From an uncultured Rhodobacterales bacterium (GTDB lineage: Bacteria > Pseudomonadota > Alphaproteobacteria > Rhodobacterales > Rhodobacteraceae): a stretch of DNA of 64,000 nt. The position numbers were made by a program, and so were the translations under genes. Under the pieces are notes generated by a model. The model saw only the letters and a program-made list of their open reading frames with translations. It did no database searches and was not told the origin of the DNA. The stretch lies in NCBI GenBank assembly GCA_903873585.1, contig CAIQOV010000007.1, positions 1,779 through 65,778 of the forward strand. Direction: 5' to 3'. This document shows, piece after piece, positions 53,835 through 61,625 of this stretch; position 1 is the stretch's first letter, and every line of letters starts with the position of its first letter.

Positions 53835-54761
53835 ATGTCGAAAATCATCATCTCTTGCGCTATCACAGGCTCTATCCATGTGCCCAGCCAATCGCCCTAT
53901 CTGCCGGTAACGGCGGCGCAGATTGCGGCATCTGCCATAGGTGCGGCGCAAGCGGGGGCCGCGATCTTGCACCTGCACGCACGCCACCCCGACACGGGCC
54001 GCCCCTCGGCTGACCCTGAACATTGGGCGGGGTTTTTGCCCGCGATCAAGGCGGGCACCGATGCCGTGGTGAACATGACCACCGGCGGATCGGCTGTGAT
54101 GACGCTGGACCAGCGCCTAGCCGCCCCCAAGGCCAACGCGCCCGAGATGTGCAGCCTGAACATGGGGTCGATGAACTTTGCCCTTTACCCGATGATTGAC
54201 CGGATTGCCCAGTTCAAGCACGACTGGGAAAAGCCCTTCTTAGAAAACTCTGACGATCTGGTGTTCAAAAACACACCCCGCGACATTGCCCATGTCTTGG
54301 CCGAAATGGGCCAAGCGCGCGGCGCAAGGTTCGAGTTTGAGTGTTATGACATCAGCCATCTGACGATGCTAAAGCATTTCGTCGATCGTGGCCTGATCCA
54401 ATGCCCGCTGTTCTTGCAGTTCGTCTTTGGTGTGTTGGGCGGAATGCCAGCGGAACCTGAGATTCTGACCCTGCTCAAACGCACCGCCGACCGGATGTTT
54501 GGCGACGGCTACCAGTTTTCCGTCCTCGCCGCAGGTCGTGCGCAGATGCCCATGGCGACGATGGCTGCGGCGATGGGCGGCCATGTTCGGGTTGGGCTAG
54601 AGGATAACTTGTACATCTCAAAGGGTGTGCTGGCCGAGTCGAACGCGCAACAGGTGGAATTGATCACCCAAATTGTCACCCGCCTAGGGCGCACCATCGC
54701 CACCCCCGATGAGGCGCGCGCGATGCTGGGCCTGAAAGGCCGCGACAAGGTGGCCTTTTGA
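53835..54761 (+). CDS. Beta-keto acid cleavage enzyme (BKACE/DUF849, Kce family)
   Basis: IISCAITGSIH, AGAAILHLHAR, CSLNMGSMNF, FEFECYD, GHVRVGLED. Confidence 0.92.
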   Translation: MSKIIISCAITGSIHVPSQSPYLPVTAAQIAASAIGAAQAGAAILHLHARHPDTGRPSADPEHWAGFLPAIKAGTDAVVNMTTGGSAVMTLDQRLAAPKANAPEMCSLNMGSMNFALYPMIDRIAQFKHDWEKPFLENSDDLVFKNTPRDIAHVLAEMGQARGARFEFECYDISHLTMLKHFVDRGLIQCPLFLQFVFGVLGGMPAEPEILTLLKRTADRMFGDGYQFSVLAAGRAQMPMATMAAAMGGHVRVGLEDNLYISKGVLAESNAQQVELITQIVTRLGRTIATPDEARAMLGLKGRDKVAF

Positions 54762-55252
54762 GCGACGCAATCTGCCCCAACGCAATCCGCACCGTCACCC
54801 CCGCCGATGTGCCCCGCCTGCGCGCACTGTTGCAGGCCCTATCAGACGAAGACGGCGGCACCTACCAAGTGGGGTCTCAAGCCGCCCTATCCCGCGCGCT
54901 TTTCGCCCCCGCCCCCCTGATCTTCGCCCTAATCGCCGACCAAGGCATGGCCTTTTACTACCCCGATTTCTCAACCCATCGAGGAGAGGCGGGGGTTTAC
55001 ATCCAAGACCTCTACGTCACCCCCCAAGCGCGCGGCACGGGCCTCGCCCGCGCTTTGCTGGCCGCTGTGATGCACCACCAAGCCTGGGGCGCGCGGTTCA
55101 TGACGCTGGGTGTCAGCCCCGAAAACATCGCCGCCACAAGGTTTTACGCCAAAACAGGCTTTACCCCGCGCGGCTACGCTATGATGATCCTTGACGGCTT
55201 ATCCCTGAAAGAACTGGCCCCGAAAGACTTGGCCCCGAAAGACTTGGCATGA
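54758..55252 (+). CDS. GNAT acetyltransferase, spermidine/spermine N1-acetyltransferase-like (TTG start)
   Basis: FYYPDFSTHRGEAGVYIQDLYVTPQARGTGLARALL, NIAATRFY. Confidence 0.82.
   Translation: MSDAICPNAIRTVTPADVPRLRALLQALSDEDGGTYQVGSQAALSRALFAPAPLIFALIADQGMAFYYPDFSTHRGEAGVYIQDLYVTPQARGTGLARALLAAVMHHQAWGARFMTLGVSPENIAATRFYAKTGFTPRGYAMMILDGLSLKELAPKDLAPKDLA
55215..55248 (+). repeat. In-frame 15-bp tandem repeat at the 3' end of the GNAT gene
   Basis: TGGCCCCGAAAGACT x2 plus TGGC, encoding ...ELAPKDLAPKDLA. Confidence 0.9.
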
Positions 55253-56265
55253 TCACCTTCTATAACCCCGACCAACGTGCGCATGACCCCAAGTTCTTCC
55301 TGTCGTCGGGCGCGCCTATGGCGTGCCCCGAACAGCCCACCCGCATCGACGCCCTGTTGGCAGGTGTGGCCACCCTTGGGCTGCAAGTGCAAACCCCCGC
55401 CGACCAAGGCATAGGCCCGATCGCCGCCATCCACCCGCAGCGCTATCTGACGTTTTTGCAAACGATCCACGCCCGCTGGCAACATATTCCGGGCGCAAGT
55501 TCCGAGGTGATCCCCAACATCCACCCCGCCAACCGCACCGATGGCTACCCGCTGTCCGCCGTAGGACAGGCGGGCTTTCATATGACTGACACCTCCTGCC
55601 CGATCAGCGAGCAAACGTGGGGGGCGGCCTATGCCTCGGCCCAAACCGCCATCGCGGGCAGCGAGGCTGTCTTGCAAGGCGCGCGCTCTGCCTATGCGCT
55701 TTGCCGCCCGCCGGGCCATCATGCCTTTGGCGAACTGGCCGGCGGGTTTTGCTATCTGAACAACACCGCGATTGCCGCACAGCAACTGGTCCTGTCGGGT
55801 CGCAAAGTGGCGATCTTGGATGTCGACCTGCACCATGGCAACGGCACCCAAGGCATCTTTTACGACCGCCCCGATGTGCTGACGGTATCAATTCACGCCC
55901 ACCCCGAACGCTACTATCCCTTCTTCTGGGGCTATCCGGATGAGCGCGGCAGCGGCGCGGGCGAAGGTGCCAACCTCAACCTCTGCCTACCCCGTGGCAG
56001 CGCTGATGCCGCCTTCTTGGCCGAACTTGACCGCGCCTTGCACGCCATCACCCTGTGGGGCGCGGATACGCTGGTTCTGGCCCTTGGCCTTGATGCGTTT
56101 GAAGGCGATCCCTTCGCGGGCCTTGCCGTCACCACCCAAGGCTTTGCCCAAATAGGCCAACAAATCGCGGCCCTCAACCTGCCCACCCTGATCGTGCAAG
56201 AAGGCGGCTATCTGTGCCCAGAATTGGGCCAAAACCTGTCAGCCGTCCTAAATGCCTTCCTCTAA
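55249..56265 (+). CDS. Histone deacetylase-family protein, acetylpolyamine amidohydrolase-like
   Basis: PEQPTR, PNIHP, DTSCPI, CRPPGHHA, DVDLHHGNGTQ, GLDAFEGDP, QEGGY. Confidence 0.9.
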   Translation: MITFYNPDQRAHDPKFFLSSGAPMACPEQPTRIDALLAGVATLGLQVQTPADQGIGPIAAIHPQRYLTFLQTIHARWQHIPGASSEVIPNIHPANRTDGYPLSAVGQAGFHMTDTSCPISEQTWGAAYASAQTAIAGSEAVLQGARSAYALCRPPGHHAFGELAGGFCYLNNTAIAAQQLVLSGRKVAILDVDLHHGNGTQGIFYDRPDVLTVSIHAHPERYYPFFWGYPDERGSGAGEGANLNLCLPRGSADAAFLAELDRALHAITLWGADTLVLALGLDAFEGDPFAGLAVTTQGFAQIGQQIAALNLPTLIVQEGGYLCPELGQNLSAVLNAFL

Positions 56266-56269
56266 TCCC

Positions 56270-56314
56270 TTTCATACGTGCCCAAATATCCCGGGGTCCG
56301 GGGCAGCGCCCCGG
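56270..56314 (+). repeat. Short copy of the REP-like family seen at 6923-7143
   Basis: TTTCATACGTGCCCAAATATCCCGGGGT-CCGGGGC-AGC-GCCCCGG. Confidence 0.6.
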
Positions 56315-56362
56315 CTTTGCCAACTCTGCCTTTTCCAGCCCCAAACCCCAGAAAGATAACAC

Positions 56363-57229
56363 TTGCGCACCTCAACCCCCTTAAAGGGCATCGCCCTGAT
56401 GCTGGCCGCCATGGCGATTTTGCCCGGCATTGATGTCTTGGCCAAGTTCTTGGGCCAAGAGGGTGTGCCCGTGATGCAAATCGTCTGGGCGCGGTTGACC
56501 TTTGGGGCGCTGCTGACCTTGCCCTTCGCCGCCCGCCACACCGGTGTGCGCGGCCTGATGCCAGATCAACCCGGCATTCACACCTTGCGCGCCAGCCTGT
56601 TGATGGCCGCCACTTTCTTTTTCTTCTGTGCGCTCAAATACCTGCCCATTGCCGATGCGCTGGCGATTTTCTTTGTTCAGCCGCTCGTGGTAACAGCCCT
56701 TTCGCCGCTGATCTTGAAAGAAACCGTAGGCCCCCGCCGCTGGGCCGCCGTTTGCGTGGGCTTTATCGGCACGCTGATCATCATCCGCCCCGGCATCACC
56801 GCGATCAATCCCGGCAGCCTGTTTGCCTTGGCCGCAGGCACCAGCCTTGCGCTGTATTTCCTGCTGACACGGCGCATATCGGGCCGCGCCAAGGCCATTG
56901 TCACCACGTTTCACACCAACGCCTTGGGCTGCTTGCTTGCCTCGGTTCTCGTCACCTTTGTCTGGCAAACCCCCACGCTGTCGCAATGGGGCCAGTTCCT
57001 AGCGCTCGCCGCCATCGCCAACGTCGGCCATTATTGCATCGTGCGCGCCTATGACCATGCCGAGGCATCGCTCCTCGCCCCGCTGGCCTATACCGAGATG
57101 GTCACCTCAACCCTCATGGGCCTGATCTTCTTTGGCGATTTTCCCGACCGCTGGACATTCCTAGGCGTGGCCATCTTGATCGCCTGCGCCATCTACATCT
57201 CAACCCGCAGCCACAAGACCCAAACCTAA
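56363..57229 (+). CDS. DMT/EamA-family transporter
   Basis: About 10 TM helices; LKYLPIADA, ETVGPRRWAAV, AYDHAEASLLAPLAY, FGDFPD. Confidence 0.87.
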   Translation: MRTSTPLKGIALMLAAMAILPGIDVLAKFLGQEGVPVMQIVWARLTFGALLTLPFAARHTGVRGLMPDQPGIHTLRASLLMAATFFFFCALKYLPIADALAIFFVQPLVVTALSPLILKETVGPRRWAAVCVGFIGTLIIIRPGITAINPGSLFALAAGTSLALYFLLTRRISGRAKAIVTTFHTNALGCLLASVLVTFVWQTPTLSQWGQFLALAAIANVGHYCIVRAYDHAEASLLAPLAYTEMVTSTLMGLIFFGDFPDRWTFLGVAILIACAIYISTRSHKTQT

Positions 57230-57242
57230 CGCCCCCCGTGTC

Positions 57243-59459
57243 TCACGGGCGGCTTGGGCTGTCCGATAAGCGGATCTCAACAGGCCCCGCCGTCACCCGC
57301 CCAATCAGGGCCGCGCTGACATCTCCCGCTGCGTGCAATTGCGCGGTCAAACCTTCCGCCTGATCCCACGGCACCGACGCCAGCAAACCGCCACAAGTTT
57401 GCGGATCAAACAACAAAGCCCCCCGCGCGCTGGCCAACCCTGCGCCACGTATCCGCCCCAAAAGGGCGGCGCGGTTGGCGGGGGCGAGGTAAGAGTGTTC
57501 GCCCAAATCCGCCAAAGCCTCTGCCCCCATCATCAGCGGCACAGCGTCCAACCAAAGCTGCGCCCCCGTGGCCGAGGCGTCCATCATCTCCATCACATGC
57601 CCCGCCAAGCCAAAGCCTGTCACGTCCGTCATCGCATGGGCGGGGGGGGCGAGAATGGCAGAGGCTGGCCCCAAAGGACGGCGCATTTGGGCAAAACACG
57701 CGGCCACCACCTCGCCCAGCATCAGGGGGGGCACCTGCGCCATGGCCATCTCTGCCGCAAGGATCGTTCCTGATCCCAGCGCTTTGGTCAGAATAAGCGC
57801 ATCGCCCACCTGCGCCCCCGCTTTCGTTAGCGCGCGGCTTGCAAGCCCTGTTACGGTGAACCCCAGCGTCAGTTCCGCCCCTTGGCTGGTATGCCCGCCC
57901 ACCACATCGGCCCCGGCCTTGGCAAAGACGGCAGAGGCTGCGCCCATCACCTCGGCCAAGGTGCGGGCCTGTAAGGTGGGCGACAGGCGCGGCAGGATCA
58001 CTTGGGCCAAAGCCACTTGCGGCTGTGCCCCCATCGCCCAGATGTCACCCAAGGCATGAACCGCTGTCAGTTCAGCCATCAGGCGCGGGTCGCAGGTGAA
58101 GCTGCGCAGATGGTCGGTGGTCAGCACCTGCACACCGTGATCGGTGCGCAAAATCGCGGCATCATCGCCCGCACCCGCCACCACCTCGGCCCGTTGCGGC
58201 GGGGGCAGGGCCTGCATCATGGCCGCAAGCCCCGCCGACCCCACCTTGGCTCCGCAGCCACCGCACAGCGGCTTGTCGCCCAAAGCGTCAGCCAGCCCCA
58301 CAACGGCGGGTAAGGGCAGCGCGGGCGCGGGCATCGCGGGATAATCAGCGAACTTCGCCATAAAACGGCGGTCGATGCGGTCTTTCATCCGCCACAGCCA
58401 AGCCCCCCCGCTGCGCAGGCCCCATTTGTCGGCCAAGGCCGAGCGGTCACCTAGCGAGATCAGCTTGAGATAATCGCGCTGCGGTTGGAAGCTTTGCAAC
58501 GCATCGCCTGTCAGCGCGGCGCGCAGGTTGGCCAAAAGCACAGGGGCTGCGCGCACGGCATAGACACCGGCCTTAGGGCGCGGCGCGTGGGTTAGGTGGG
58601 CGCAATCGCCTGCGGCAAAGATCATTGGGTCAGACGAGCGCAGATGCGCGTCGACTGCCACAAAACCGTCGGTTAGCGTCAGCCCCGTGCTTTGCACCCA
58701 AGCCTGCGGGCGTGCGCCTGCGACTGTCAGCGTGAAATCCGATGCAATCCTTCGCCCGTCAGACAAAACCACCGCCCCCGCCTCGGCCCGCATCGGGCTT
58801 AGGTTGGACAACACCTCGACCTGATAGGCCTTTAGCGCCGCCATCAGCCCCGCACGGCTGGCGGGGGCCATCTGTGCCAAAAGCTGCGCGCCACGGTCAA
58901 CCAGCGTGACATGCGGCGCGGCCCCCATCGACCGCAACCGATGGGCTGATGCCAGTGCCAGTTCCACCCCGCCAATGCCGCCGCCAATCACCACCACCCG
59001 CGGTGCAGGCAAAGCGCGGGCCACAAACGCCTCCCATGCGCGGGCGTAATCGCCCAAGGGCTTGGCCGAGCGGGTAAAGTCGCCAAACCCCGCAAGGTCG
59101 GGCAAGTCAGAGGTGATGCCGATGTCAATACTTGCCAGATCATAGGGCAGGGGGGGGCGGCTTTGCAGGATCACGGTTTGGGCATCGCGGTCGATGCCAA
59201 TGGCGCGGTCTAATATCAACCGCGCACCGGCAAAGCGGGCCAGTCGCACAAGGTCGATCATTATGTCAGCGCGCTGGTAATGCCCCGCGATCAGGCCGGG
59301 TAACATGCCGGTATAGGGGGCCACCGGATCGGGGTTGATCAGTGTCAGCCGCACGCCGGCCAAGGGCTTCATTGCCCACATCCGCGCCACCAACGCATGG
59401 GTGTGCCCGCCGCCAATTAGCACAAGGTCGCGTATCTGGGGCAGGTTTGGGTCTTGCAT
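57243..59459 (-). CDS. selD: Selenide, water dikinase with an N-terminal FAD/NAD(P)-dependent oxidoreductase domain
   Basis: N-terminal GGGHTH, YTGMLPG, GGGIGGVE, FAAGDC, KAGVYAVR; C-terminal LCGGCGAKV, GDDAA, TTDHL, GGHT, TDVTGFGLAGH, FDPQTCGGLL. Confidence 0.9.
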   Translation of the reverse strand: MQDPNLPQIRDLVLIGGGHTHALVARMWAMKPLAGVRLTLINPDPVAPYTGMLPGLIAGHYQRADIMIDLVRLARFAGARLILDRAIGIDRDAQTVILQSRPPLPYDLASIDIGITSDLPDLAGFGDFTRSAKPLGDYARAWEAFVARALPAPRVVVIGGGIGGVELALASAHRLRSMGAAPHVTLVDRGAQLLAQMAPASRAGLMAALKAYQVEVLSNLSPMRAEAGAVVLSDGRRIASDFTLTVAGARPQAWVQSTGLTLTDGFVAVDAHLRSSDPMIFAAGDCAHLTHAPRPKAGVYAVRAAPVLLANLRAALTGDALQSFQPQRDYLKLISLGDRSALADKWGLRSGGAWLWRMKDRIDRRFMAKFADYPAMPAPALPLPAVVGLADALGDKPLCGGCGAKVGSAGLAAMMQALPPPQRAEVVAGAGDDAAILRTDHGVQVLTTDHLRSFTCDPRLMAELTAVHALGDIWAMGAQPQVALAQVILPRLSPTLQARTLAEVMGAASAVFAKAGADVVGGHTSQGAELTLGFTVTGLASRALTKAGAQVGDALILTKALGSGTILAAEMAMAQVPPLMLGEVVAACFAQMRRPLGPASAILAPPAHAMTDVTGFGLAGHVMEMMDASATGAQLWLDAVPLMMGAEALADLGEHSYLAPANRAALLGRIRGAGLASARGALLFDPQTCGGLLASVPWDQAEGLTAQLHAAGDVSAALIGRVTAGPVEIRLSDSPSRP

Positions 59460-59603
59460 CGGGGTTTGATCCTTGGGCTGGGCCACCCTACCGCGCGGCG
59501 CTGCCACATGAAAGCGGGCGATGGCGGCGCGGGCTTGCTTGACAGACCTGCGCTTTTGCTGAACATTTGTATAGCAGGCACATGGCCCGCGACAGGAGAC
59601 CCG

Positions 59604-61625
59604 ATGGATCCCGCCCACGCCATTTTGTTAGAGCCGGTCAAGATCGGCCCCGTCACGGCCCCGAACCGCTTTTACCAAACCCCGCACGCCACCGGCTTTG
59701 GTTGGCAAAGGCCGCAAGCCTCTGCCGCGTTGCGCGGGGTGAAGGCGGAAGGTGGCTGGGGGGTGGTGTGTACCGAGTACTGCTCGATCCATCCCACGTC
59801 GGATGATAGCCCTTCGGCCTATCTGACGCTGTGGGGCGAAGAAGATGTTGCCCCCTTGGCGGCCACGGCGGATGCCATCCATGCCCACGGCGCGCTGGCG
59901 GGGGTGGAACTGTGGCACGGCGGGGCCCATGCGTCTAACCGCATGACTCGACTGCCCACGATTGCCCCGCAAAGCCAACCGGCGCTGTATCACCTGCCCA
60001 CGGCAGCGTGCGCGATGGATCTGTCTGACATTCGCGAATTTCGCCAATGGCAGCGCGCGGCCGCCCTGCGGGCTAAGCGGGCGGGGTTTGACATTGTCTA
60101 TGTCTACGCCGGCCACGATTACCTGCCCTTCCAATTCCTATCCCGCCGCACCAACCAGCGCAGCGATGCTTACGGCGGATCGTTGGAAAACCGTGTGCGC
60201 TTGCTGCGCGAGATGATCGAGGAAACCAAAGAGGCCGTGGGCGACACCTGTGCTGTCGCCCTGCGCATGGCGGTGGATGAATTGCACGGCCCCCTTGGCA
60301 TCACCGCCGAAGGCGAGGGCCGCGACATCGTCGCCATGCTGGCCGACCTGCCCGACCTGTGGGATGTGAACTTGGCGGGCGCTTTGGGCAATGACAGCAA
60401 ATCGGCGCGCTTCTCGCCTGAAGGGTATCAGGAAGACTATATCCGCTTTGTCAAAGGGCTGACGGGCAAGCCTGTGGTGTCGGTGGGGCGGTTCACCTCT
60501 CCGGACAGGATGGTCGCGCAGATCAAGCGCGGGGTGCAAGATTTCATCGGCGCGGCGCGCCCCTCGATTGCCGACCCCTTCCTGCCAGCCAAGATCCGCG
60601 AAGGGCGGGCGGATGAAATCCGTGAATGCATCGGCTGCAACATTTGCCGCGCGGCCAATAACGAAGGCGTCAGCCTGCGCTGCACCCAGAACCCGACGAT
60701 GGGGGAAGAATGGCGCAAGGGCTGGCATCCTGAACGCATAGCGCCCCATGCGCCCGATAAGGTGCTGGTGGTGGGCGCCGGCCCTGCGGGGCTTGAAGCG
60801 GCGCTGAGTTTGGGGCGGCGCGGGCTGAACGTGTCGGTGGCCTTTGCCGAACGCCAAGCGGGGGGCCGGATCAACCGCGAAAGCACCTTGCCGGGGCTGG
60901 CCACATGGGGCCGTGTGCGCGATTGGCGGCTGACGATGCTGGCCAAGCTGCCCAACGTGACGCTGTATCCTGAAAGCGCCATGACGGCTGACGATGTGGC
61001 GGGCTTTGGCGCGGATCATGTCGTGCTGGCCACGGGGTCGGTCTGGCGGCGTGACGGGGTGGGCGTGCTGGGCATGACGCCGCGCGCCTTTGCGGGGGCT
61101 TTGACGCCGGATGATATCTTTGCAGGGGCCAAGGTAAGCGGCCCCGTGGTGATCTATGATGACGAGCATTATTTCATGGCAGGGGCCTTGGCCGAACGGC
61201 TGGCGGGGCAGGGCCATGACGTCACCTATGTGACGCCGCAAAACATGGCCTCGGCTTGGACGGTGTATACTGACGAACAGGGCTTTGTGCAGGCACGGTT
61301 GATCGAAGCGGGGGTGAAGCTGCAAGTGGCGCGCTATGTCACGGGCTGGGCCGATGGCGCGGTGGTGGCAGAATGTGCTTACACAGGTCGCGCCTTGCCC
61401 GCCGTGCCCTGCGGCACGCTTATCTTGGCGACAGGCCGTGTGCCGGTGGATGGGCTGTATCAAACGCTTGTCGGGCGCGTGGCGTCGTTGGCGCGGGTGG
61501 GCGATTGTTTGATGCCCTCGTCAATGGCCGATGCGATCTATTCCGCCCATGCCTATGCCCGCGAGCTTGGCGCGGCCCCCCAGCCCCTGCGCCGCGAACT
61601 GCCGCCCCACCGTGCTGCGCTATGA
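59604..61625 (+). CDS. Trimethylamine/histamine dehydrogenase-family Fe-S flavoenzyme
   Basis: NRFYQTPH, KAEGGW, TEYCSI, GFDIVYVY, YGGSLENR, ARPSIADPFLP, CIGCNIC-X11-C [4Fe-4S], GEEWRKGWHPE; RBS AGGAGA. Confidence 0.9.
   Translation: MDPAHAILLEPVKIGPVTAPNRFYQTPHATGFGWQRPQASAALRGVKAEGGWGVVCTEYCSIHPTSDDSPSAYLTLWGEEDVAPLAATADAIHAHGALAGVELWHGGAHASNRMTRLPTIAPQSQPALYHLPTAACAMDLSDIREFRQWQRAAALRAKRAGFDIVYVYAGHDYLPFQFLSRRTNQRSDAYGGSLENRVRLLREMIEETKEAVGDTCAVALRMAVDELHGPLGITAEGEGRDIVAMLADLPDLWDVNLAGALGNDSKSARFSPEGYQEDYIRFVKGLTGKPVVSVGRFTSPDRMVAQIKRGVQDFIGAARPSIADPFLPAKIREGRADEIRECIGCNICRAANNEGVSLRCTQNPTMGEEWRKGWHPERIAPHAPDKVLVVGAGPAGLEAALSLGRRGLNVSVAFAERQAGGRINRESTLPGLATWGRVRDWRLTMLAKLPNVTLYPESAMTADDVAGFGADHVVLATGSVWRRDGVGVLGMTPRAFAGALTPDDIFAGAKVSGPVVIYDDEHYFMAGALAERLAGQGHDVTYVTPQNMASAWTVYTDEQGFVQARLIEAGVKLQVARYVTGWADGAVVAECAYTGRALPAVPCGTLILATGRVPVDGLYQTLVGRVASLARVGDCLMPSSMADAIYSAHAYARELGAAPQPLRRELPPHRAAL

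Noticed and set aside
58240-58272. Selenocysteine in SelD
   Set aside because: The catalytic-position codon is TGC (Cys); there is no in-frame TGA
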